NCBI RefSeq assembly: GCF_001194135.2
Contig: NC_068984.1
Location: 102,102,146-102,166,145, forward strand
Reading direction: 5' to 3'
DNA: 64,000 bases
From: Octopus bimaculoides
Lineage: Eukaryota
Of the stretch, positions 1-14,300 are shown piece after piece (the first letter of the stretch is position 1; the number at the start of each line of letters is the position of its first letter). Under the pieces are notes generated by a model. That model searched no databases. It saw nothing but the letters and a program-made list of their open reading frames with translations, and had not been told where the DNA came from. Position numbers and translations under genes: made by a program.

Positions 1-1584
1 ATATGGGGAATTAAATCGCATTGCATATGTTATAAGCTATATGTTATGGTATGTGGTATGCTATATGTAATTACTATCCCATGAAAACTCCTGTCTAGTT
101 AGTCTGACTTCATCATATTTTTGGTGATCAAACTACTTTTTCCTTTCTATGATGTTCTGCCCTGCTGATCATATTATGTATATTTGTAATGGCTTTTATG
201 TAAGTAAGTCTCCTAATTGTATACCCCCTAGAAACTATAAAATCATTTATGTAAGAGAACCTGTAACATTGCAACTAATAGAATATATTTGGTCTGAATA
301 CCTCTAACTGCCCTCACTATGCCCATACCTACTACCTCCTCTTTTGGGTTACCTTTATCTCTTCCTTACCTTAAATTTTAATATCCTGTCTCTTTAAATG
401 TAGGTTATATATATTTCTTATTTTCTAGAAATTCTTATTATTTTGTTTCTTACTTTGATATCCTTACTTATTAACCTCTTAATAGAGATTTTTCAGCTAC
501 TTAGGTCTATGCGAGATGATTATATTATATCCATATAAACGTATAAATATTTGTGTATATATGCATATATGTGCATAACCTATTAGCCTCTTATCCCTTA
601 TAGATTATTATCTTTCTTGCTTGTAAATTGATACTTTTTAGTTACTTAAGTCTATGCGAGATGGTTATACTATATCCATATAAATGTATAAATATTTGTG
701 TATGTGTGCATGTGTGCACATAGGATAAATATGTGTGTGTATCTGTACATATCTTTATTTTATTTTTTCTGATTCTTGGCTCATAGTTAATATATAGGTA
801 GCATGTTTATCTTTCCAGTATTCCATAAGTAAATGCATTGAGCAGTCTTTATAGAAACCACTTAATAAGAAAATAATTAAATACATGAATGAATATTAAA
901 CTGATTCTATGTAATCTTTCCTTTTTAATGTTGAAAATTGATATATACACATATTTTACTTATTTTGGTTATGATATCATTTTTGATAATCTTAAATTTT
1001 ATTTTTATACAACATAACAATATTGTTTATAAACAATCACCCATAGTAACTCATGATAAAATTTCCTCTGTATTAATGTCATAGGTTTTATTAGCGGCCT
1101 GCCCCTTTAACAGGTAATTAACATCATGATTTAGAGTCTTCTCCTACCCAGCCTTCTTTTATAGACAGTTACTCTATACCCAATTTACTACTCCTAATGT
1201 CTTGACACTATTTATGACTGTACTTAGCCATGAGTTGTCAACTCACTCTTGCCCTTCATTCTGAACAAACACAGTCCTCTAGTCTTAGATTTAGTAGTTG
1301 ATAAAACGACAAATAAATTAGAAATGGATAAAAGAAAATACAGGAGGATCAGTCAGTTATGATTTTATTCAACATATTCCCTTCTCAGATTCACACACTT
1401 ATTGCAGCAGTCCTGCAGTCTTTCTAAGCCCTCAAAACCCCCTCATATATGCATATATACACATACACNNNNNNNNNNATATACATAGATATGTATATAT
1501 GTTTATGCTTATATACATACACACTAATACACATACAAACACACACACTTACATACAATATTAAGAAATATTCTCTCTTTTCAG

Positions 1585-1725
1585 ATTGCATACCTATATG
1601 ATCATACTAAAGATTTCTGTTCTAAAGTCGGCCGTGAGCTGTTGTCTGCCATTGCACAAGTCCATCCAGTCACTATTTCATTTTTGATTCATAAACTACG
1701 AGATGTCCGAGGAAATATAGGAGGG
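1585..1725 (+). CDS. EPG5: EPG5 exon 1 of window (phase 0 to 0)
   Basis: tttcag|ATT...GGG|gtgagt; [47 protein letters not shown]. Confidence 0.93.
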
Positions 1726-2180
1726 GTGAGTTTATTGAGAATGGAATTGATTTCTGTTTGTTTCTGATCTCTTTCATTGGTCTATGTCTAAGATATAATG
1801 AAATGTAATATATGAAGATTTTTCTGGATGTGTCTTGAAAAAACATTGGATAAAATTTTGTTGGTGCTCTAAATCCTTAAAAGACAACTGGACTAATCCA
1901 TCACCAAACATTAATTTTGCTAGAAAGGCAAAATTAGTGACTTCTCTCATTGTCTATCTTTTATCTTTTGTTTCAGTAATTAAACTGTGGCCTTACTGGG
2001 GCACTGCCTTGAAGATTTTTTTTAGTTGAATGGATTGACCTGGTACTTATTTTTTTTAAAACCAAATACTTATTCTGTCGGTCACTTTTGCTGAACCACT
2101 AAGTTATGGGGACATAAAAACACCAACAATGGTTGTCAAGTTGTGGTGGTGGTAGTGGGGATAAACACAGACATAATGAC

Positions 2181-2222
<42 letters not shown>

Positions 2223-2585
2223 CAGGCTTCTTTTAGTTTTTGCCTACCAAATCCACACACAAGGCTTTGGTTGTCCCAAGGCTATAGTAGAAGACGCTTG
2301 CCTAAGGTTCCACACAGTGGGACTGAAGCAAGAACAATGTGGTGGTGAAGCAAGCCTTTTACTACACAACCACATCAGCATCAGCGCCTATGATTAGATT
2401 ATATATGTTTTTTAACAGAAGCTTCAGGCATGGTTATGTAGTTAAGAAGTTTGTTTCCTTACCATGTGGTCTTTGGTTCAGTCCCACTACATGCCATGTT
2501 GGGCAAGTGTCTTCTACTATAGCCCTAGGCAGATCAAAACCTCATGAGTGGATTTAATAGATGGAAACTGAAAGAAGTCTGTTAC

Positions 2586-2635
<50 letters not shown>

Positions 2636-5600
2636 CACTTCTCCCTCACACGTGTGTGTGTATTTCTGTTTGTCCCCACCTACACTCAACCACTNNNNNN
2701 NNNNTATTTCTGTTTGTCCCCACCTACACTCAACCACTGGTGTTGGTTTGTTTATATCCCTGTAACTTAGCAGTTCAACAAAAGTTACCAACAGAAAAAA
2801 GTATCAGGCTTAAGAAAAATATGACATTGGAATCAATTTGTGCAACTAAACCTTTCAAGGTGGTTCCCCAGCATGGCCGCAGTCCATTGAATGAAACAAA
2901 TAAAAGATAAAAGAATAGCTTGATGTCTCTGTTTTCATTTGTGAAGGTTTTCTTTCCAAAAGGATTTGAAGCAACTGAAATACATGTTATAGTTTTTCTT
3001 TACAAAAACCATTATCCAACTTTTGATATATCAAAAATTTTCTCTTAGTATTGGGTCATCCCCTAAATAATGTGGTTTTTTCAATTGCATGAACTAAAAG
3101 TTGGAGGGGGATGGGATAAACTACCTGCATCAACTTGCTATAAAAGCAGGTAGTAATTTTACCTTTTCCTTATTCTTAGTGCAATTTTGAAGAGTGCAGT
3201 TTGATTTTAACAGTTATTTTTTCAAAGTTATAATGGACGTGACAAAGGAGCATATTCAGCATATTTTGCTTCATGAATTCAATAAAGGCAACAATGGAAT
3301 GGAAAGTGCAAGGAATATTAATGCAGTATATGGGAATCAGACAATAAGTGTAAGCCAGTGTCATTTGTGGTTCCAGAAATTCAGAGTTGGAAACTACCGC
3401 CTAGAAGATGAGCTTCGTCCTGGAAGATCTGTAGAGCTTAACGAGGACGTCCTGTAAACTATGTGGAACAGACACCCATCGTAACTGTTGAAGAGCTAGC
3501 AGAGAAGCTTGGATTTGGTTGTTCAACTATTTATTGACACCTGTACTAGAAGATAAAGGAACATCTTTGGTTTCAAGACAAAAGGTGTTCTTTCATCAGG
3601 ATAATGCTTGGCCACATACAGCAAGGATGACTTTCCAAAGGCTGGAGCAGTTTGAATGGGAAATGATGCCCCATCCACCATATTCACTGGACATTGCCCC
3701 ATCTGATTATTATTTATTCCGCAGTCTTCAAAATCATTTGGATGGAAAAAATATGAATTCTGTAGATGAGGTCAGAATAGTACTGGAGGACAGATGGAAA
3801 GCATTGTAGAAAATGAAAAAGAGTATATTTTAGATTAAAAAAGAACTTAGTTTATCTTAATTTTGAAAAATAAAAGAAGTATAAAAAAAACTGCATTATT
3901 TATGGGATGACCCAATACTTTTTATTGCATTTGTTTTGTAGCAGGTCAAAATGTTGCACTAGAGGATTGAATAGTAAGAGGGCATTTTACTGATTAGAGA
4001 GAGCTGTGGTTAATAATGTTTATAGGGTTCTGCACTGCTAACCGAAGGATCAGTGGTTTGTGTCTTGTCTACAGTGAAGCAGTGTATTCAATGTCAAGAC
4101 AGTTTTCATATGCCCATAGTTACTGTGAGTTGGGAATCAGCTGCTTTAACTTGTGGAAGTAAGGCAAAATTGTCAAGTGTCTTAATTTGCAGTACTGTGT
4201 ACTCTTGTTTAAGCATAGTGTGCTGAAAGATGTGTTCATTAACTTGGCTTGTCCTAGTACATTGCAATGGTGATTCAACAGCTCAGTGATAATGCATCAA
4301 CAGATAATTGCTTTATTGAATTCTATAAACAAGAGCTTCCACCCTAATATTGATCTTTGATCTGGAGGTAGGTTTGACTAAAGAGACATGACCAAGTTGA
4401 AACACTTGTGTCTCAAGGTCCCCTTACTTCAATGAATTGTTTTGAACATACATTATCTGAAAAGAGTAGGTGAAGTTGTATTTCATCTGAAGATGAAATA
4501 CAACAGTGATTAACATATTCATGTTTAAATCTATCAGAATGTATTAAGAATGAATATGTACATCATGGTCCTGTTTATTGTTTTTAAGAAACTGGACTGA
4601 ATTAAGAAAGGAAAGAGGAAAAAGAAAGGTGCTAATCTTATGTGTGTGGTTCATAAACATAGTTCTTTCTTTATTTTTGACAGATGGCGCTATATCTTTT
4701 TAAAGAATTACCCATGTATGACTGGCAGTTGGAGAATGCAGATTTGGCTATTCTTCGCTCCTGGTTAGTGAGTACAGATCTTAGTTCAACAGAACACCTT
4801 CTGGGACGAACAATTCTTTCCAATCTGAACTGGGGACTTAATAAAGAGGTATGAAATATTTTTAATTCAATTTTTCTCCTAAAATTTACATTATTATTTT
4901 TGTTGTTTTTGTTTTATTTTAAAATTATTGTTTTATTTTANNNNNNNNNNNNNNNNNNNNNNNNNNNNNNNNNNNNNNNNNNNNNNNNNNNNNNNNNNNN
5001 NNNNNNNNNNNNNNNNNNNNNNNNNNNNNNNNNNNNNNNNNNNNNNNNNNNNNNNNNNNNNNNNNNNNNNNNNNNNNNNNNNNNNNNNNNNNNNNNNNNN
5101 NNNNNNNNNNNNNNNNNNNNNNNNNNNNNNNNNNNNNNNGATTGATATTCTACCTATGTGTCCACTTCTCTGATGTGTACAAGATCATCTGAATATTAAA
5201 TCACTGAGAAAGTTGTTCTTATTTTGAAGACTAGGGAAGTATCTAATGGTAATTTAAAAGTTAAATTGAGCTGTTGGACAATTCTGTAGGAGTTCCTTCA
5301 ATATCTTGCAACAATTATAATAATAATTCTTTCTAACTTTTGGTGCAAACGCCAGCGATTTTGAGGGGAGAGAGAAGTTGACCTCAGTGGCATTTGAACT
5401 CAGAAGAAATGCTGCTAAGCATTTGTTCAGCATGCCACCTTAACAATAATGATAATATAAAAATATTTATGAAGGCAGTGAGCTGGTGCAATTGTTATTG
5501 CACTGGGCAAAAATGCTTAGTAGTATTTTGTCTGTTTTTATGTTATGTGTTCAAATGTGTCGGGGTCAGTTTTGCCTTTCATCCTTTCAAGGTCGATAAA

Positions 5601-8600
5601 ATAAGTACCAGTTAAGCACTAGGGTCAATGTAATTGATTAACCTTCTCCTGCTGAGCTTGCTGGCCTTGTGCAAAAATTTGAAACCAATATAAAAATATT
5701 TATGAATAGAAAAAAAATGGAAACTGATGTATTTTGGCCACATGCATGACTGAGTAGTTATTTAGTTTGATTCACAGTCACATGCTTGTAGGTCAATACC
5801 ATTGCATGCACTTTGTGCAGGTTACTTCCTCCATAGTTTTGGCTTGTCCAAACCTTATGAGTGAAATTGAGTATATGGAATCTAGTGCCCAGTTTGACAC
5901 CACCATCTGCGCTTTCTGTACCTTTAGAATTGTTCACTTGATGCAAGTATTCGAACCAATTCTCCCTTTACTCTACCAGAGAAAAATTAACACTGTTATT
6001 GGCTGCTTAACATATTCAATAAAATCTATTAATTATTCCTATGCTTTCTTTTCAGAACACAGATCTTGCTCTTCCTCTCTGGATCCATCAATATGTGGCT
6101 TGTGTATTAGTTGAAGCTTATCACAATTATATAACATCCAAACACTTAGGTTCAGTCTTTATGGAAGGTGTTAAGCAGGTAGAGTTCCCTATATTGGTTC
6201 TTTGAAAGTGTCCTCAATTTTTCATGAAAGCAAGTTTTTTTGTTTTGTAAAAAATATCATAAATATTTCTTTCAAAATAATGTAGCTATAATGTATAACA
6301 ACTACTTATTTGAAATAATTACCATAATTTTATCATGTGTACCACAGGTGGCGTTAGTAGTGCGTCAGCAGCAAACCAATGAACAACAGTTCAGCAGCTG
6401 GGCTTGGGAACTTGTGTTTAAGCTTCATCTCCACAATGATACCTTGCCACGCCCTTCATCATTTGAGCCTTCGACTAATTTAGTGGACATGGATAATATT
6501 CCAGAACTGAGAAAAGATACATTTTTAGCTTCTGTCCAACAAGGATTAAAAGTTGATAACCCAATTGCAATGTACGTTGCCATGACCATGACAAAATATG
6601 GACACGAGTAAGTATTGGCTTTACAAGTTTGTTATATATGTAGAAGCAACTTGACATGTATTTAATATTATAGAACCTGAATTTGAAATTATAAGAACTG
6701 GTTAAAGTGTGTTGGTAGTTTGTACTCTTCTCCCCCACCTCCACTCTCCTCCCTTCTGTCATACAAGAAATGTTGTTCGTTTCCAGTCTTCTGTGATAGA
6801 CATGTGGCCCTGGAAAAATATGACCTTACTTGAAAACAGGTGAGGGTTAGTGAGAGGAAGGGCATCCAGCTGTAGAAAATATGTCTCAATAAATTCTCTC
6901 TGACCCATGCAAGCATGGCAATGACAGGAGATATGTTTTGGAGATATGCTGTGATTGAGAAGACCCAGCAACTAAAGTGAGATCACAGCCAGGCATGTCT
7001 TGCCCTATTAAGAATACCCCTGATGCGTCAGGTGATATGATATGCTTGATAAGACCTGTTGAGTCAAGTAAAACCAATATCATAGCTGTGGCCAGTGCCT
7101 TCTGACTCACTCCCATGCTGGTGGCACGTAAAAAGCACCAACCAAACATGGCTAATGCCAGTATCTCTGACGTGCTCTTGTGCTGGTAGCACGTAAAAAA
7201 CACCATCTGAATGTGGCCAGTGCCAGAACCCCCTGACTAGCCCCTGTGCTAGTGGCATGTAAAAAGCACTATCCGAACGTGATTGATGCCAGGTCCGCCT
7301 GACTGGCTCCTGTGCCTGTGGCATGTAAAAAGCACCCACTACACAATAGGAGTGCTTGGCGTTAGGAAGGGCATCCAGCTGTAGAAGCATTGCCAGATCA
7401 GATTGGGGCCTGGTGTTGCCACTAGTTCTTCAGACCTCAGTCAAACCGTCCAACCCATGCCAGCATGGAAAACAGACGTTAAATGATGATGATGATGATG
7501 ATGATGAATCATTCATCATTGGAAAGATTCTTTTTCTACGTTCTTAATTGAAAAATAGTATTTTACAAACTAAATCTGAAATACCTGTTAGAAATTATTT
7601 TTTTATATATTGTTGTTTATGAAAAATATTTTAATTGCTAAATCATTTTCTTTTCTTGCTTTCAGTGTTGCTGAGTTTATTACTCATGGAATCCCCTTAC
7701 TCTCCAAACTGAACAGCTTATACTATACCAAAGCTGTTATACATATCATTGGACATTGCGTGCCTATGTTTTATAATCAGGGACAATATTTGATAGAAAA
7801 TCAAGAGTGAGTTCATTGTACTTCATTTGCTTTTGCATATTTACTACACAACTGTTTTATTGGTCTTTGCAATTGTGAATGAGCCGTCAAAAGAGCCTCA
7901 GCATGTATGTTTGATATGTTTGACTTCCCAGAAATAGCAGTTAACTCTCTCTCTCTCTCTCTCAAATCATACCACAACTGTGTTATAATAATAAACACAT
8001 TGAATACTATAATGTAGTCCTAGATGTATGTAAAGTTTGCACTGTCATGGTTAGAAAGCTTTTGATCATAGGTTGCTGACCTGTGATTAAACAACAACAG
8101 TAACAACTGTTTTCCTCAAAAGTGCTACCAATCCAAACCAAACCAAACCTGTTGTGTAGTGCTGAAGATGACTGAGTTATATTGATAGCATTCTTTAAAA
8201 AATTCTCAAATTTCTTTGGATTGAAAATTCTCAAATTTCTGTGGATTGAAAATTCTCAAATTTCTGCTTCCATCTATCCAAAAATCACTTTTACTTACTT
8301 CCATAGTTATTTTAAGGAGACAATTTTCCCATTAATAGCATCTTTAATCCTTTAGTATCCTTTAGTATTTAAGGAGACAATTTTCCCATTAATAATATCT
8401 TTAATCCTTTAGTATTTAAACTGGCCATATCCAGCCCAAAATATTCTTTGTTCAAACTGACCAGATCTGGCTTCTCATGTCTACCCTACAAAGTTATTTT
8501 AAAATAGACAATTACATCATCAAATTCTTGTAGTCACAAGATAATGCATGGTCAATTAAAAACAATGTGAATAAATAAGCATTACATTTACAGAATAATT

Positions 8601-10822
8601 TGAAAACTAAGAAGCTCTTACTGTAGAAGTCATAAATATTTAGATACTGGTCTTTGGTGTGAATTTTTTCATGTTTTCAAAATCTCAATACATGAAAAAA
8701 TTACATAATTTTTCTGCTTCTGTCTGCCAGTGCCCTGGATTGGTAAGTAACAATGCTTCTTTTAAGGTAAAAATAAATGCATTGATGAGTGACAAAATAT
8801 TTCTCTCTGGTTGCCTTTATTTTGGTTTAGACTACTGTGGTTCTTCATATTCAGTGGGAATTCATAAGGGAAATCTTTTTTTTCTCTTTCATTCATGTGG
8901 ATTGAATATAATTGTCAGTTTCTTATTGAGATTGCTTGTAATGTAATTATATAATATGAAGTAAATAAATGGACAATGAGTACTAGGTAAAGAAATGCAG
9001 TGAGCTATATGTGAAGAAGAAACATTGAAAATGCAGGGGAGAAAATGATTAAGATAAAGGGTGAAAGATGCTGGGAATTCTGATATTTTATTTACTCTAT
9101 ACTTATAAGATTATTCTAATTAAAGTTGTCATTATTATTACATATAATAGATATTTTGATATTTAAAAAAAAAACTTTGTATTCTTAACTGTAAAATTTA
9201 AAGTAAATCTTGTGTCAATTTAGTGTATAACAACTTTGCTTATTATTTGCAGAGCTATCAAACTTTGGTTTGTTAATTTTCCTTTTTCATATTTACAAAT
9301 AATAATTGGAATAAATAAAATATCGATCACTTTTTGTCTGATTTAAGCAATACCATAAAATAATGGCATTTTGTCATTAAATACACTCTATAGTGTGTCA
9401 TTGACTTTGAAGAGAACTTCTAAATTCTGTTTTGAATTGATTTTATTAGTAACAAGGAGTTAGTGTCTGCCCCTAACCCTTTCTAACATTGCTTGGGTTC
9501 AGAAATCATTTCCCCTTCAAATCTTTTAATGATTGGAGCAAGATTTGTTTAATGTCTGAGCATATATATTTAAGATGAAATGCAATACTAAAGTATTAAT
9601 GATGCTTTCAGTATTCAGTTCGCTTTGAATTTCATAAGTTTACCTTGTTTGCAGAAGATAATAGTATATATAAATATACATTGCATGTTATGCTTAGAAG
9701 CGATCACTTTACCAGAAGTTTTTGACTTGTGGTTCAGTAGAACAAACCATTCCAAATCCATGTTAGAATACCTGTGTAAATGAAGTAAGGACAGGCTAGC
9801 TTGTAATGACTTAGAGTTGTAAAATGTATAGTAATACTGTATCTTTATATTTTTAAATGTTTTAATTGAAGAAAGTATTATGTAATAGGCAAATTCTTTT
9901 TCTCTCTTGCATAGTCCTCTGAAACATGTGTATTAAATGCATTTAAAATATTAGTATTTGGTTTCATTGGTTATTCCACATTACTCCATGTGGAGTATAG
10001 GCCAGTTTCCTGGTTTCTCTGGTGTATATTTTTCTCCCTGGACGGGACACTAGTCCGTTGCAGGTTTACCATTTTTACCAGCTGAATGGACTGGAGTAAC
10101 GTAAAATGAAATGTTTTGCTCAAGAACACAATGCACTACCTGGTCCAGGAATCAAAACCACAATCTCATGACCATGAACCCAACATCCTAACCACTAAGC
10201 CATGTGCCTCCAATGGTTTCCTTGATTCAACTTCATTATATGTATGTATGTATATACATACATATAACTTAAATTCTGTGCTGCATCTTATTATTAGCTG
10301 AAAATTTAGGATTTCAAGGTTTAACAAGATGTTTTACTAAAGGTTTACTGAAACCCCTTACACCTTACTTTCTTTTATTTGCAGGTTCTTGAAAACACTC
10401 CACAATGTCTTACTTGCTGACGAAACTCCTATGCGAGTTGCAAAAAACCTTATTTCTTCTGATTTCCCTGGTGCCATGACCAAATTATTTAATTCCATGA
10501 TTCTGGTAAAGTGACTACAGATTATTATATTACTTAACAGATTCAGTATTTTTTGTAAATATCTGAATGTAGTTTTGTTATTTTACTTTTTCATTTGCCT
10601 CTATTTATTTATTAGACTCAAATACAAGCAACAAATTGTCCTGCGGATGCTGTGACTGTCATTACATTATGGGCTCATTTGATGCTGAAAATTCCAAAAT
10701 GGAGTTTGGACAGGTAATTTTTTTTTTTATACGTTTTTCAAATTTACAGGTAATTTATTTGACCTTTGTGGATATATATCCAGATATTAGGCTGTGTAAT
10801 TACTGGTTAAATGCTCTAAATA

Positions 10823-10854
<32 letters not shown>

Positions 10855-11345
10855 GGACTCTCCTGTTGTAATTAACAGGTGAGGGTTCTGCAATTTCTTT
10901 CTGAAAAACCTGCACTGATGGTTTGTTTATAGGGATCAAATGTTTGTGCTGAACATTCACTTACTTCCTCCATCAAACCAATTTTGTCTGTAGTGGTGCA
11001 CAGTGTGCCACACATCTGATATTGAAGTGATTGCATAGCAACATGAAATGAAGTGTCTTGTTCAAGAACACAACATACCACCCACCTGGGAATCAAAACC
11101 ACAATCTTATGATTGTGTGTGCAACACCCTAATCACCAGGCCACATGCCTTCACCACACACACACACACGCACACATTTAGTGTTGACTGTTGGGAAAAA
11201 GAGAGTACTCAATACCATAGTAGAGATTAATAATATATTTTACTATGGTTGAGTCATTCTTTATGACTTGCCTGAAGATCCTGTGAGTGCACAGGATCTT
11301 CAAGCAAAACTCAGAGTAGCAAAAGGGTGACTTGACTAAAATATG

Positions 11346-11381
<36 letters not shown>

Positions 11382-14300
11382 ACATACACACACACACATA
11401 CATACATACATACACACATACACATACATACATATATACATGCACACATACACGCACACACATATATTAATGCAAAACTTGATATGTAAGTCTAGATTGG
11501 GTTAAAATGTGGTGTGTTTCTAATGTGGTACTCAATATGAAATCCTAGTTTTCTGCACTTTAATTCTGGAACATAAGTATATTCCAAGCCTACTGTTGTA
11601 GGAACTGCAGGTACCTCTCATTGATAAAAGTAATGTGTAAGTATTTTGTAGAGTAACATATAAATTAAAGAAGAAGATGAAGCATGAATTATAGTACAAC
11701 TTCAATATTCATTACCATTATGAAGGAAGTGAGGTGACAGAATTGTTAGCATGCTGGGAAAAATGTTTAGTGGCATTTCTTCCATCTTTACATCCTGTGT
11801 TCTGCTTTACGTTCTGAGGTTGACTTAGGTTTTCATCCTTTCAGGGTTGATAAAATAAGTACCAGTTAAGCTCTGTTGTTGATTTAATTGACTTACCCCA
11901 CTCCCACGAAATTGTGGATCTTGTGCCAAATTTTGAAAGCAATATTCATGACCATTGTTTCTGTTCTACTCCACCTCTAACCACATTGTATGTAAATGGT
12001 TCTGTGTGATGAATTATGCAATATTTATGGTTAAATATTCTTTACTGGCACTTCATCAGACTAGCATTCAGGTGTGCCTCTTTACATGACGTGCTACACT
12101 GGTGTTTTAACCATAAATATTGTGTAATTTATCACACAGAACCATGTACATGCAATGTGGTTAGAAATGGAATTGTATAGAAACAGTTGTAATGAATATA
12201 ACATTTGTGTTAAATTCATTCTTCGTCTTCTTCCTCATTTTATATAGTTGCTGTAAAATACTTGATTATTTTGTGGATTATCTTAGATTACACAGTTATT
12301 AATGAAGTCCAGGATTATTATTTATTAGTTATGAACAATATTTTAAATCACTCAATATTAGGGTAGGTAAAGGCAGCAAGCTGGCAGAATCATTAGCATC
12401 CTGGACAAAATGCTTAGTGGCATTTCGTCCATCTTTATGTTCTGAGTTCAAATTCTGTCGAGGTCGACTTTGCCCTTTATCCTTTTGAGGTTGATAAATA
12501 GAGTACCAGTTGAGCACTCCTCCAAAATTGCTGGCCCTGTACCAATTTTGAAACCATTATTAGGGAAAGTAATTTGTTAAAATTTTGTTATGTAGAAATA
12601 TCACAGTAATATTAAATTATTGTATGCCTGTGTGTATGGTTGTTTGGAGGGATACCACAGTGTTGCTTGCTTAACTTTTGGAGTAAGGTGTGAATAAAAT
12701 TCAATTTTATATGTTATACATTTCAAACAAATGATAAAAAAATATGCTACAATGTCTTTCTGTTCTTTTGATAGAAACTGCTGTTATGTGCTGGACAACC
12801 TTGTGCGAAGTGCATTCCGTTATGTAGAAGCACTGAAGAAGATTGAAACCCTTCTATCAGAACAGTATCAAGTAAGACATATTGAGCTTTTTTTTAATAA
12901 CCAGTTGATCTAGCATATCAGTGAAGGGGGGCCGGTGCGCATTGATGCCATCGAGAGGTAGGCCCTGAAACGGCGCGCATTCTCTCCTGATGACCCCATA
13001 CACTTGCTGGCTTCTGGTATGCGGAGTTCTCGACTGGTAGCACTTGCATGTGCGAGTTGTTTGCAAGACATTCTTCAAAATTTGCTTTTGTTACATTTAT
13101 TCAAACCTCAGAATCCCTTTCAAATAATTCATGCTTGTATATGAAAACTGTTATAAAACTGATACTGAGATATTTTGATTTACACAATATAATGATAGCA
13201 GTTTCAGCTGAACAAATTTAAAAGATTTTGTGTTACTTGATGGAGGTTCATTGTAATCATGGCTTAAATATTCTTTGGCTTAGTTCACTTAACTAAAAAT
13301 AAGTACCATGTGTAAGTTTGGTTTCCTACTTTAACCCTTTAGTGTTTAAGGTAACCATATCTGACCCAAATATTGTACCCATTTTATGTTTAAACTGGCC
13401 AGATCTGACCTCTCATAGCTATCCTACAATATCATTCTAAAAATATATAATCACATCACCAAAATGTCAAAGCTACAAGATAATTCATGATTAATTCAAA
13501 ATGATGTGAATAGATAAGCATTACATTTGATAGAGTAATCTGAATGCTAAAAGTTTAAGCTGTGGGAACACTGAATAATTAAATGAATGTTTAATTTTTA
13601 ACTTCATATGCTGAATTCATATGTTATGGACCAGGAGAAGTCTCCAAGAGCTCTTTCTACTGCAATCCCTCCAAGAGACAGTAAAACCTGCAGTAGTTCA
13701 TCCTGAGTTCAGAGGCACCTCATTTCTTTTGTTACCATGTTTCTGTTTGAAAAATACTGTCTTTGTTTCAATTGATTTTTAGAATAATGAAAAATTTAGT
13801 AATTTAAATTTGTCATTATTAAACTGGTGTTTGAAACATAAATTTTTGGAAGATTTGACTTAAATCACTTTGACCCTTTAACATTCAAACTGGCTTTATC
13901 TGGCCCAAATATTCTGTTTGTTTTTCGTTCAAACTGGCCAGGTCCAGCCTCTCACACCTATCCTACATTGTCATTCTAAAAGTAAACACATTGAAATCTT
14001 GAAGCTACGACATGATTCATGAGTAATTAAAAAAAGATGTGAATAAATAAGCATGGCATTTGACAGATTAATCCGAATGCTAAAAGGTAAAAACAGGAAG
14101 TTTGTAGCATATAATCAAGGGTGGGTTGGGGCAGTTTGGTATTGAAAGGGTTAAATGATAAGGAAGAAGTTGAAAGTAATGTCAGTACCAAACTGTTTGT
14201 ATTTAAAATTGTTATGTGTGTATTTTCAGTGTATGTTAGCAGAATACAGAAGTCAGGGTGTTGTAGAATCTTTTGTGAATTGGATTGCTGCTGGTCAGAA

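Noticed and set aside
495-722. ~80-bp diverged direct repeat in the AT-rich first 1.3 kb
   Set aside because: Low complexity and probably part of an old repeat or LINE 3' UTR; no termini or coding signal that I could support
2661-2738. Exact 34-bp duplication TATTTCTGTTTGTCCCCACCTACACTCAACCACT
   Set aside because: The two copies sit on either side of a 10-N gap, the signature of an unmerged contig overlap rather than biology
8195-8420. 25-bp x ~2.7 tandem repeat and a ~50-bp local duplication
   Set aside because: Ordinary slippage-type duplications next to a MITE, with no further structure
12987-12993. Canonical hammerhead core CTGATGA with a nearby GAAAC
   Set aside because: No stem II/GAAA/stem III/NUH arrangement can be built around it
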